Source of the DNA: Lobosporangium transversale
Lineage: Eukaryota
Reading direction: 5' to 3'
Length of the DNA: 64,000 nt
Assembly: GCF_002105155.1 (NCBI RefSeq)
Contig: NW_019029006.1
Span: 1-64,000 of the forward strand
Shown: positions 36,047 to 48,875 of the stretch, one piece after another
Numbering within the stretch: position 1 is the first letter of the stretch
Layout of the letters: each line of letters begins with the position of its first letter
Translations under genes and position numbers: made by a program
Notes under the pieces: model-generated
What the model was told of the DNA's origin: nothing
Database searches by the model: none
The model's input: only the letters and a program-made list of their open reading frames with translations

Positions 36047-38020
36047 ATGAACACCATAACGGCTCTACAATTCTACATCGATAAGATGCTGGATGATACG
36101 TCCGGCATGAAGGTTTTACTCCTGGATCAGGAAACGGTAATACAAGGGACTGAGATATAAAAAGGAATACATATCAAAAAACAAAAAAAAAAAAAAAAAA
36201 AAAAAAAAAATTCTCAGCACTCAGCAGGCTACATTGAGAGTTTTACTTACAGTGATATGACCTTGTCAACTCACTTCTTTACCTACAGACACCCATCATT
36301 TCAATGGTTGCAACGCAGTCCCGCCTACTTCAAAAGGAAACATACCTTGTAGACCGTATCGAAAACAACGCTCGAGACAAGATGCGTCATTTGAAATGTA
36401 TCTGCTTTCTCAGACCAACCGCTGACTCCATTGAGAAGTTGATCAAGGAGCTTAGAGATCCATGCTACGGAGATTATTATCTTTGTAGGTTCCGAAAAGG
36501 AAACCACTGAAAGAAAATGCTTTGATTTTAGAGGAACCGTTTACATTTTATTCAATTTCCCATTAATAGATTTCAGCAATCGCCTTAAAAAGACGGCCAT
36601 AGAGCAGCTCGCCGAGATGGATGAACATGAAGTGGTGCGCGAAGTTCAGGTATAAGCCGACACATGGAGTCAAAAGAATGACCAAGGAGAAAAGCATAGA
36701 TCTATCTTTTTCCTTTCAGATTAAAATATTAATTCAGTCCCCTTGTGTAGGAATACTATGCGGATTATTATGCCATCAATCCGGACTGTTTTTCAATCAA
36801 CCTTGACGTACAAAATATGCCATTATATGGAGACTCTTTCACAACATGGGACAACGCTAGTTTCACAAGGACAGTAGATGGGATTCTCAGCGTCCTTCTC
36901 TCGCTAAAGAAGAAGCCTCTAATTCGATACCAAAAGCAAAGTGCCATGGCTAAGAGACTGGCTACAGAAATACAGGTACTGACGATACTATTCATGTTCT
37001 GGAACGATAGTTTAGTTTATCAAGGATCAAAGGGACTCAAGAGAATTGGATTGATTAAAGAAATCTCTTTTTATCATATTCCAATAGTTTCAAATTCAGC
37101 AAGAAGGGCAACTGTTCGACTTCAGGAAAACTGATACATCACCTATTTTACTCGTTCTGGACCGTAGAAATGACCCTGTAACCCCGCTTCTCTCGCAATG
37201 GACGTACCAAGCAATGGTTCATGAGCTGATTGGCATCCGTAATGGGAGGGTAGATTTGTCAGGAGTACCTGGTATTAAACCTGAGTTGAAGGTATGAATA
37301 GTTCCATATTACATAGGGTAATGTTTATGTGAAGTAAATCAATAAGAAAATAAATGCAGCTAGCTCTAACCTGCCTTCAATCAACTGTTTACGATGAACA
37401 TCCAGGAAATCGTCCTTTCATGTGATCAGGATTCTTATTTCCAGAAAAACATGTTTCTTAACCTTGGAGACCTAGGAGCCAATATCAAGAGTTATGTGGA
37501 TGAATATCAGGCTAAAACAAAATCCAACATGAACATCGAATCGATTGCAGACATGAAGCGGTTTGTAGAGGATTATCCCGAGTTTCGAAAGCTTTCAGGC
37601 AACGTCTCCAAGCATGTCACGCTGGTAGGAGAACTGAGCCGTCTTGTCAATCAAGGAAATGTGTTAGAGGTATCAGAACTCGAACAGAGTTTAGCCTGTA
37701 CCGATTCTCATAATAATGATCTCAAGGTTTGTCTCTAAGTTCTTTAGCCAAGGCAAGAACATAAAAAAAAATAAAAATAAAAAAAAAAAAAAAAAAAAGC
37801 GAAGCTAAATCTTGATTAACACTAACATTGTTATGATTGTATCAGAACTTGCAACGGTTAATCAGTAGCCCTACAGTCAGCGAAGCCAGTAAAATACGTC
37901 TCGTCCAACTCTACTCTTTACGTTACGAGAAGTATCAAGGAAATGCTGTTGCTTCTTTGATTGATTTACTTTACAAGAATGGATTAAGCGAGCGTGAGAT
38001 TGCTGTAAGAAATTCTATTT

Positions 38021-38057
<37 letters not shown>

Positions 38058-38771
38058 TGCCGTCATCATGCGTTGAGTAATGTTATGGAACATTCGCCTC
38101 TATTCACTTTACTATAGACGCTAGATATATTAATGCAGTATGGAGGAGCCTCTCATCGTCAAGATGATTTATTTTCGAATGAAAGCATTTTGTCGCGTGG
38201 GAGAAGTGCCCTCAAAGGACTAAAGGTAAAACGCTTCAAGCTCTCTCGTATGTCATGCTTGTTTGGTTAATTAAAATGATAGATGTCTTTTAAAAGTAAT
38301 ATCTCTTTTATTACACATTACCACCAAATAGGGTGTTGAAAACGTTTACACACAGCATCAGCCACAACTTGCTCAGATCCTCGAGCAATTGCTGAAGATG
38401 CGTTTAAAAGAAGCAGCATATCCTTTTGTGGAAAGCACTAGTTCTCGCGATCGACCACAGGATATCATTGTCTTTATGGTGGGAGGAGCAACGTATGAGG
38501 AAGCGAGGTTTGTTGCAATGCTTAACGCCGCTACACCTGGGACGCGTATCATTTTAGGGGGAACTACTATCCATAACAGCCAGAGGTAAGGACATCTTAA
38601 CATCATCCTCTATAGCATTTTTTTGACTCATGTGTAGCACAACGCCATCAGCTAATACGTCGTTTTTCTTCTCTAACTCTAAACACCGACAGTTTCCTTC
38701 AAGAGTTAGTCGAAACGCAGAGAAGAATGCCTAGTCGTGGGTCTGACTCTGTCCGTGGACGACGTACTTAA
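36047..38771 (+). CDS. VPS45: Sec1/Munc18-family vacuolar sorting protein Vps45, ~571 aa; exons 36047-36136, 36289-36484, 36570-36649, 36751-36975, 37088-37291, 37406-37726, 37846-38004, 38118-38225, 38332-38585, 38693-38771
   Basis: [108 protein letters not shown]. Confidence 0.95.
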
Positions 38772-38919
38772 CCCCCTATCGTCTAGATTTTTGAACTATT
38801 AAACGCACCACAAATATTACTTGAGCAAATACTAAGATTTTTAATTATTCAAGACTATGTATAAAGGAGCTGCTACTCGGTTGTTGGAGTGCATTCACTG
38901 TTTACTGTACAATTGCTTA

Positions 38920-41482
38920 TCATAATGCTCGTTTCTTCCTAGGACCTGATGTTGTCGCTGTTGGTCCTCTCTTTCGCATAATACCTCCATCAAGTGTCGG
39001 TATTTGACCAACACTTGACTTGTCCTCGGACATGTCTTGCTCATCATCTATACCCTTCTGACGTATTTGGTCCGCAAGGGATTTATTATATAGATCCATA
39101 CGAATCCCAAATAGTGACCCCACCAAAAAGGTCCCACGGATCACATCAATGTCCCTCCATGCGTCGCTTCCTTTCTTGCGTTCCTCTTTTGGGATCCGAC
39201 CATCCTTTTCAAGGCATAAACTTTCGATTTGAGGAGCAGTATCTACCTCATAGATCGGATTCCCAGCTAGGCGCTCCTCGTATTGCTCTTTTGTCTCACC
39301 ATGCTCGGTCGGACCGCGTTTAAGCTCAAATTGCACACATGGGGTTCCATTTGGGTTGATTTCAACTATCTTGAGGTGCATATCCACATCAATTACATTG
39401 CCTCCCATTTCATAAATATCGGTTGACGTATCCAATATTGAAGTTTGTACTTCTTCCATCTTGCCCTTCAAACTTTTTCGTCGCTTGTCGGATTCCCCAG
39501 ATGTACTTTTTGTAACTGACCTCAAATTTGTGGGCAATTTTGAAAAGCCTTTGGTATCTGAGCAAAGGCTCTTGTCGGTATTGGCGACATGAAACGTCCG
39601 TCGATACCTTAATAAGTCTCCAACTTGAATACCGCGCATTAAGCCCATCTTAGCCAAAGAAATTTTAACAGATGAGCCCGCCACCATGAACTTTTCGTTC
39701 TCGCGGATCGCCTTTTCACCGTAATATTCCTCGAACTGATCGGTTTTCCACTTGGCCTCAGTCTCGATTCGTTCTTTGATGTCCCGATATTGGCGCGCAT
39801 ATTCATTGGTGAATTTACCTAAGCCTAGAGCTTTTTGCCAGTCACAGAATGCCTTGGAGAAGGCTGTACATTTTGTGAAAAATGATGGAGTCAAGGCACC
39901 ATCCTTGAAATAGATATCTTGTTCCAGAATAACAGAGGGGAGGGCCTTGATAAATGCGGCTTGAACATGAGAAGAAAAATGAGAAAATGTTTCGTAGGTG
40001 AGGATGTCATTGATATTGGCATGGGCAAGGGCAGAAAACGGGCCAGTCAAAGGATGGTTCAAGTCCTCGGGCACATTTTGTATCTTCTCATTCTCGTTGT
40101 CGTTCTTATCAATAGGCTTGGACTTTCTCTTTTCTCTGTCCTGCTCCTTTCTTTCGTTCTTGTCTCTAGCCTCCTCCTTATCCTTACTCTGATCTCTGTC
40201 CTGGTTCTTATCCTTGCTCTCATCCATACTCCTGCTTGTGCTCCTGATCCGAGACTTACCCAGAAGCCTGTGTTTTTCCATCTCCTGAGCCTTTTCAGTG
40301 ATTTCATCATTACCCCTATCCTTGTCATTTCCATTATCATTCACGTGTGACTTCTCTCTGCTCCCCTTTCTTCTTCCTTTTGTATCTTTGGTATTATCCA
40401 TATCTTTACTCTTTCCTTTGCTTTCGACTTTAACTAAACTTTCGCCAGCAAATCTACCGCCATCCATGATCATATCCGTGCTCTCGCCCTCGTCCTTATC
40501 TTTATCCTTGTCTTCACATTCATCTAATTCTTGCTTTGAGGTTTCAGCATGATCTGTAGACATATTACGCTTTCCAATTAGCCTCAGACTTCTTGTGGAG
40601 AGGATGATTTCGGGCTTCTTTACGGCAGGGACGGTACCCTTAGGCTTCCTTCCTCTTTTCTTTGGTTGGTCTGGAATGGCAGTAGAGTCGGAGGGGGGCA
40701 GAGGTTTTGGTGATGTAGATTCTGCAGGAAGAGGGTATTTTCTAGGTCTGCCGCGCTTTCTTTTCACTAATTCTGGGTTAGATGGCGTTAACCCTGGCAA
40801 TGGTTCCAATAGTTCTGGCACTTGCCCTATTTCCGGTTCGATATCTGTTGATTGTGACGATGGTAACGATAATGATGATGACGATGAAATCGGAGATAGT
40901 GGAGTAACATTTGGTTCATCATTGATGGCTTCTTGTTGCTGTTGTGCCGTGGAGTGATAATGATATATGGATAGCACTTCCTGTCGCTTCGATGTCGTGC
41001 CTTTATTTGACAGTTCCAGAGACATATGTATATCCTATGGGAAAAAAAATAAATTGTTGGGCGTGGGATGTCATAAAGCCAATGATACATGTGTCAGATA
41101 GCGACATCTACACTCAGATGTTTTAAGAGAGAACAATTTTCTTTTCCTAAAAGCATACACTGTCGTTAGCTAGGGGCCTTTTGCTGTCATCAATGCCATT
41201 GCTATGCTGCACTCCTTGACCAGAAACTGGTGAGGAAAAGAGGCACATTATTTAAAAAAAATAAAAAAAAAAAAAGGATGCACCAGTGCTTTAGAGGTTA
41301 TGACGCGGTTTTTTTTGAGCACTCAAAGCTGGGGGCTGAGTGAGTATGTTTTTGAAATACTTACCTCTCATAGGATGGTGTGCGTGTTTATCTGCAATTC
41401 TCTTTCTTATTAGCTGTCCACTACTGCTGGAATTGATATTGCTCGTATGGAGCTGATCTGAATGAGGGATCGGAGCTGACAT
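38920..41482 (-). CDS. AT-hook + DEUBAD (Asx homology) domain protein with a C-terminal globular domain, ~766 aa; exons 41482-41365, 41226-41159, 41034-38920
   Basis: AT-hooks KRKRGRPRK and KKRGRKPK. DEUBAD-like INDILTYETFSHFSSHVQAAFIKALP...FF...FSKAFCDWQKALGLGKF...FEEYYGEK. Two small upstream exons splice in frame via GT-AG. Confidence 0.75.
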
Positions 41483-41601
41483 CCCCAAAATGTGCTCAAT
41501 AGTTGATCCGAATGAGGTTATATTGCTACAGTTAATGATGAGAGGTTGAGTAATGACCAAAGAACAAGCCACTTCGTCGCCTTAAATTTAACTTCACGCC
41601 T

Positions 41602-41770
41602 TCAAAAAGTGAATTTTATAATATTGGCAAGATTCAATTCAATTTAAAAAATTATTTTAAAAGAGCAAATGGGGCGATTCTATTGGCTGGTTATTTTCTT
41701 CCTCTTCTGCCAATAAAAAATAAATTTAACCAATGAGCATCGCAGAACATGTATAAAATTCACTTTTTGA
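41602..41770. mobile_element. 169-bp element bounded by perfect 19-bp terminal inverted repeats (MITE-like)
   Basis: TCAAAAAGTGAATTTTATA (41602-41620) is the exact reverse complement of TATAAAATTCACTTTTTGA (41752-41770). An inner imperfect inverted repeat is also present. No clear target-site duplication. Confidence 0.55.
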
Positions 41771-43874
41771 CATGATGTGCAAAAAAGTGAGACTAGTACA
41801 CCTTGCCAGAGATCTCCATGATGCGGGTTGAATACGTCAGCCTAGATTTCTCCCTTTTCTAATGCTGGGGCACTACCAAGTCCTGAGACACTCGTGCGGC
41901 TGCTGCGATAGCTATGGTGGGTTGTATTGAAATTATTTAGCAACCAAAGGAACCCATTTTAGGTCGATGCTATAATAGCGACGATGACAACCATCATTAT
42001 TATAGCATACCAGTCAATAAACGCTGGAGCAATACTCATGCTCTCGACAGCATCAATTGGCGCCATGGAGATCTCAAGCAGATACTGGAGTCATACATTT
42101 CCTTTTAAGAAAAAAGCCCGATCGGCTTTAGGTAGCCACCTCACCTTCATGACAGCCAGTTTTTGCTAATCTATTTTTTCATTTACGCGCTGTGCATCCC
42201 TTCACTCAGTTTTTAACCTCATATTCACTCGCGTTTGAATACAAATATATACCTTGCCCTTGCTTTAAACAGCAGGACACCTGGCCCATCCCTTCTCGTG
42301 ACTCGCTACAGGAGTGTAAATGCCTTGTGAAGAGCTTTTTGCAATATTTTCTTTTTACTGCATAATCTCTTACTATTCCCATTCATTAAACTTCTCCTTC
42401 TGCAGTTACTTCATGGATACAATATTTAATATGTCTATTAACTTGTCCTGTCAAACTTTCATCATGGATGGGTTTAAAGCAGCTCATCCAGATGATATTG
42501 AGTCAATAGCATTTCTAAGCTGGATAAATAAGATCATTTAATAAAAAAGAAAGTTGCATTTACCTAAAATACCATTGTATTCTCGGGCCAAAAGGCTCCA
42601 AGACAGCGAAATACAACAGAATGCAAAGGCAAGAGGAGAATTGTGGTAAAATCATGGTGATTCTACTGACAGGCAAAGATTTTGAAGAAGCTGCGTGTAT
42701 ATTAACTCATATAAAGGCCAGTGAGTGGAGAGAAGGTTTTATTGATTTTGAGACGTTTTAACTTCTTCCTTAGTCTTAACATGCCATAGCGACCGCCAAG
42801 GACCCATCTTCGTTGCAGATTTCTGTTTGTCACGAGCGGCTAAAAGATATACTAAAGATCTCCTGTCTCTAGATGAATGAGATCCCCAGCTGACCCACAG
42901 ACAGCATCACTTCTTCTGGGCGGGTTCGAACTAAATAATTCTGAGTGAATAGATCCCAGGTCACGACCTTCACTCAATAGTGCTGCTGACTTTTATTGTT
43001 TCAATTAAGGATTATAGAGGTTTCGTCCAGATAAAGCAAATTTGGAGCGTCTAAAGCGATTATTGCAACATAAGGGTCTTTTGACACAAGTTTGACGATA
43101 TCTCCGTCATGAAGTCACCGAGACAATTCAGTAGCCCAAACCAAAAAAAGCTTTTTATGTATATTTGTATATCATAGGGTATGTATGCTAGTACCCCTCT
43201 TTAATGCTTTGCGATCTAGGTGGAGCTACTCCAAAAGGATTATTTATCTCGGAATCAAACATGAGACATTACTCCTGAGCGAGCGCCCTCAAAAGTATGT
43301 CTTTGGGCAAAGGCGTGGTATGAACTGGCTATCGACAAAAAAATCAAGCACCAGTTCCTCATTGCATTGGTTGTCCTTTGCAAACAATACGCAGTCCTCT
43401 TCCTAGTAGTTACTGACAGTTTGGGTGATCGTTAAAGGGACGATCATCACAACCTCTAGTGACTCAAAAACCACAATGCCACTTTCAAACGCCAAGATTG
43501 GCAACAACGTTGTAGGCGAGTTTATCTCCGAACCAAAAGTTGGAGTTCCACCAGCTTTTTGATTCTGGTCAGAAATTTTAAAGACATTAGGAGACGCTCC
43601 TTACATTTAATAAAAAAAATAGGTACAAATCGAAGTGGCATATTGACACTTCTTTCCTCAAACTATTGCCCTTTGTTCGGCATCAACAAGGAAATGTATT
43701 GGACAAAAAAAGCTACACCGTTTCCGTGAGGACCTCACGAATACAATTTTCCAAGCTACGCTTACTTTTCATGGAGAGTGGGCTTTAGACTACTTTTTTC
43801 AGTCAATAATTTCATTTTTTGACAACAATGTTTGGCACTTAATAACACTATAGTATTATTGTTTATTGTTTATT

Positions 43875-46800
43875 TTACACTCTGATCCTCTTTGCACTTT
43901 TATCGCTTTCTGCAGTTGTCTTGTTAGCTGCTGGGACTTCATTCTCCTTCTCACTCTCGCCACGTCGTCCTGTTGTTGTAGTGGAGGACGACATGGAGGG
44001 GCCATGTTGTTGTTTTGCATTAGCTCGCTGATTTTGTGCATTACGCTGCAATATGATAGAAATCAATACAATAAATTGTGTATCATGGGTTAGTATACGT
44101 TTGGCGATCCCAATCACATATTTTCGAGCAAGTAAGCAATATTGTAACTTACGTCAACAACTGAAATACCGTCCCTGAATCTTGCTCTAAATAATACATT
44201 CGCATTGTTGAACATTCCTTCCTTTAGAGACACTACAATGAATTGCGAGCCTTTAAACCGTGTGCGAAGTAGCTGACCAATATTCTGTGTATGCGAAAGA
44301 TCAAGGGCTGCATCCACTTCATCCAGAATATACATGGGCGCCGGCTTGAACTGTAGAAGCGACAATATCAGCGATAGTGCAATCAATGATCGCTGTCCTC
44401 CACTCAACTCTGTTAAACTAGCCTTCCAAACACCACCCAAACAGACTTTGACCTCCAATCCTCCAGTGACGCCTTGACCCTCCAACGGTTGCAGTTTAGC
44501 ATCATTCCCAGGTAGGAGATCACCAAAGATTGCACCAAAATCTCCATTCACTTTTGAATAGGTTTTCTCCAAGGCCGCTTTCTTGTAGTCATCTAAGGAT
44601 ACAATGGTATCCTCAATCTTGGTTTTATCTCTTTGGACTGTTGCCAACATCTGTTTGAGGGATGTTTCGCGTTTCTCCTGGTTCTCAAGCATGCTCATGA
44701 CTTTGGGATTCACTTTGTTCTTCATAGCAGAGTGCTTTTCATCAAGTTGTTTTAGTTTCTTCCGGCTTTCCGATGGATTTTGAGCATTGAAATCGTATGG
44801 TCCATTAGGCTGTCCAAACAAGCTATAGTACAAGAAGATGCCAATGAGCTGCATGTATACATATATGGTCACTAAATGAAATAAAACAACGAAAAAGTGA
44901 CTCACAGTTTTTGATCATGAATCCAGTCATGGGATCCCTCGAGATCATTAATGGCATTCAATAGTGAGTTATTCTCTTTGGAGAGACGATCTGTTTCATG
45001 TGTCAAGTTTTGGATTTCAAGCCTACTTTCAGCTACAACTTTAGCTTTTTGCTTTGAGAGAGCTTCGAGCTCTTTAAGTTCTTCATCGTAGGCATTAAGC
45101 TGAGCTTTCTCACGCTCAAATTCTAACTGAGTCTTCTCCAGCGAAGACTCGAGCATGACTAGTTGTTCTTGAAGTCGATCACGCTCATCCTTAAACTTGG
45201 AGATTACTGACTTGCTTTCTGACAACTCTTGGCTTGCACCTTTAACGTCCTTCTCAAGTTGTTCTATTAATTGGTGAAAATATCATGGACAGTATCAGTG
45301 ACAAGCTATATAAATGCTCCCACACGCGCTAAAATCTTGTAGATTTGAGACCTACCCAGCTCCAACACAAATGTTTGATGCTCTCTCTGCATTGCCTTAA
45401 CACGAGGTGCATTTTTAGTGAGTTCAGCCTTTGATTTTGCCAGTTTTTGCTAATATTAAGGAAATTTGTTAGAGCCAACCTTATATTCTCATGTCATGTC
45501 AATCTTTTTTTTTTTTTTTTTTTTTTTTTTTCTTCTTAGGGCAGCGTTAAGATGTTTAAATCATTACCATGAGTTCGTGAAGTTTACCGTCCTTGTTTTT
45601 CTTGAAATCCTTCATTTCCTTTTCGATTTCTTGGCAACGCTTGACTGCTTCTGCTTTCTTGTGGTTACCATCTTCGATTCCTGCTCTTAAGGCCTTAATT
45701 TCCTTCTCTAATCTCTCAGTTTGCTCCATCAACTGAACATGCTCACTGCCAGAGAGCTGTTGCTCGCACAACCGAAGCTCGTGAGTTTTAAGCTCAATCT
45801 TTTGCTTTAGTTCTGCATATGCTCTGGCAGCTTGAGATATATTCGAAAGCTGCTGATTAATTTTTTGTAGTTGCTGGCGATGTTCATTCAATTGGTTCTT
45901 CAATGCATGAATCTCTTGAAGACTAGCAAGGATTCCACCTCCAGTTGGTCTTGAGCCACCCTGCAACGTCCCACTTGGGTCATAAACATCTCCCTCTAGT
46001 GTCACAGACTTCATCCGAACCTCTTGATGAAATGTTACTTTCTTTGCCGAATCCGCATCGGCACAGATGAGTGTATTTCCAAAGACGTAAGCCATAGCTG
46101 TTTCTAATTGATCCTCATAGCCGATCAGGGTGAGAGCTAAATTAACTTTTTCGGGTGCCAGTCTTTGTGCAGTAGCAATTTTCTATCACAAGCCAAATAA
46201 GGATTAGACCAAGGATTTCCCTAGACCGTCATTACAAAACAGTTCACGCGAGAAAATGCTTTTTGAAGAATAATTACCTGGGCATGCGCTCTAAAAGCGG
46301 TAATTTTGTTTAAAGGAATAATCGTGACACGTTTGCGAAGCTTTCCGTTCTGAAGCAACTGAGAACCGACTATTTCGTTATCAACAACGACCTACAAGAG
46401 AAATATACAAACAATCATATTAGTTTTGATACGACACATTTGGCCTCTTCTTCATATCTAATGACATCAAAAATTGTAGATCATGTACGTTGTAAAGGCG
46501 ACCACCTGCACAAATTTCCAAAGCCGTAGCAGCATTGGCATGTTCTGGAAGCACAGTGAATAATTCAGCAACGAGGCCTTTAACAGAAGTCCGATCAAAG
46601 TTAGGTGTAGGGTTTGAATACTGAAAGTCAAGGCCAGCAACCTTGCGCGACGTGGTTTCGATTTTTTCAGATAGTTTCGCAATAGCATCAGATTGTGCTG
46701 CTTTCTCCATCTGCAGTGCCCGTTCTTGTTCAGGATCAAATGATTGCCTATGCAAAGTCTCCTCCAGCTGCTTCACTTGCTGCTTTGCCGCTGAAAGCCC

Positions 46801-48559
46801 TGCACTAAGATCTTTGTTATTTTTTTGTGCTAACGATGCCTGTTTGCGCTTCTCAGACAGCTCCGTCTCAAGATGCTTTAGCTTCAATCTCGACTGATCT
46901 ACCAGCGTTGTGGCCTGTGCTGCAGATGCCTTTACCCTCTGAAGTTGCTCCATATAACCATTTTCATGACCTTCCTCAGCTGCTAAACCGGTCGAGAGCG
47001 TCTGAATGAGCTCCTCGTTCATGCGCACTTGTTCTTGTTGTTCGTCATGCTTGCGTCTTAGATCATTATAAGTCACCTGAAGTTTTTCGAATTCAACTCG
47101 TTTTTCATGAAGAGTTTTTTCAGTCTAATTAGAATTAGAGATCGCATAAGTGATTAATCAACTAAATTTTCAGTTGTGCTCCCGAAAACATTGTTGCGTT
47201 TCTAATCCGGTTAGTTTGAATGAGGACACATTTTACCTCCTTCAGAGTTGATAATAGACCGGAATGGTTTTGTTCTTCCTCTTGAGCCTCTTTGTCTTTG
47301 AGATCCCTCTGTGTCTTCACTTTAACAATTTCCTTTGAAAGATCTTTAACAGTTGCATCGAGTGTTTGAAATTTGCCGCCTTGAGTCATCTCCTTGAGTC
47401 GATTGGCTGTAATGGTTTCAATGTGCTGGGCGATGTTGGAAATGGCGGATTGTAGCTGTTCAATTTCAGCCGACTTTTGATCTATCAAGGCAAGCTTTGT
47501 CTCCAAGTCATGCTTCGATTTTGAGTAACGTTGCTAAAATATTTCCCGGATTAGTAGAACAAGATTATTTAAGTTAGCTATTAGTTTTTTAATTGTACGT
47601 TAGTAAACAAACTGTCTCCTACCTCGTAGCGTGAGTAATCGAACGAGACGACAATTCGTGATAGCCGCTCGATCTCAGTCTGTGTCTTTTGGAACTCTAG
47701 ATACGCCCTTTTTTCTGCTCTAAGTTTGTCGAGCTTAGGGATAATCTCTTCTGCAAGTAGTTGCGTAATTTCTGCGACTTTCTTTTCCTTTTTGGCCATG
47801 GTTTTCAAAGCTTTGTCTTTCCTCTCCTCAAACATGCGAGTCCCTGCCGCTTCCTCAATCATGGATAAGATTTCTGGTGGTTTCATGTTAAGGACCTTAG
47901 TGATCTTTCCTTGCATAATCAGGAAATGTGGATTGTTGATGTTAAGTTGTACTGATTGAAACAGGGTCTGAACAACTTGTTGTTGCGCTGTATGTCCATT
48001 CACCAGAAATTTGCTCCGGCCTCCAATCAGAATCTAGTGACAAAGCTCAAGGTTATTAGCTGTAGCACTTTTTTTCCCCCTTTTTTTAGGAATATCTAGA
48101 TATCCATAACAGCCCTTTCTTTACCTGGCGAGTGATGGTGATTTGTTTACTACTTTCAAATCCCACAGGGCTTTGCTCCCGATCTTGATTATTGAAAACA
48201 ACAGTGACAGATGCTTTGGTAACTCCAGCTTGGCCTCGTTTATAAATCAAATCCTGGATACTACTTGCACGCACCTGTTTTCGAGTGAATGAATGGACAT
48301 AGATATAGGAAATATGAGCTGAATAGCACAGGTCATATTTCAACCTAAGAAACAATATATGATAGGATCCAGCAGCATAGACAACACTCACCTGAGACCA
48401 ATTGGTGATACCAAGGACGAAGCAGATAGCGTCCAAGATATTTGACTTTCCGGAGCCATTCAGTCCAGTAATTGCATTGAATTCTGGATCCCAGCCAGTA
48501 ATGGATGTGCGGGTGGCGTAACTCTTGAATCCATCAATGATAAGTTCTTCAATGCGCAT
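43875..48559 (-). CDS. SMC2: Condensin subunit SMC2, ~1227 aa; exons 48559-48392, 48274-48125, 48033-47623, 47533-47237, 47124-46489, 46391-46278, 46182-45568, 45449-45356, 45263-44906, 44822-44153, 44045-43875
   Basis: Walker [41 protein letters not shown]; hinge [10 protein letters not shown] and [18 protein letters not shown]; signature LSGGQRSL; Walker [15 protein letters not shown]2-typical QFIVVSLK. Confidence 0.97.
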
Positions 48560-48642
48560 TGTTATTTTTTTTATTTTTATTTTTTTCTATCCTGATATTT
48601 CCGAGCACTTATAATCTGTATTATTGTTTTCACAAACAATTT

Positions 48643-48673
<31 letters not shown>

Positions 48674-48875
48674 AAAAGTCAAACGTGCCCTGAGAGCAAC
48701 AAGGATTAAGTCAAGTTGGATGAAAAGTCGAGTGAGAATGGCAACGGAGAAAGTAAGCGCGCGACCTGAAATTTTGCAAGACGCCACTATTTTTTAAATG
48801 CAGTCACCTAGTCGCTGGATTTTTTTTTTGCTTTATTTGGTTTTCTATTAATTCTATTTCATCGATTTTATCCAT

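Noticed and set aside
42923..42930. GGTTCGAA tRNA B-box-like motif
   Set aside because: No T-stem pairing or cloverleaf can be built around it.
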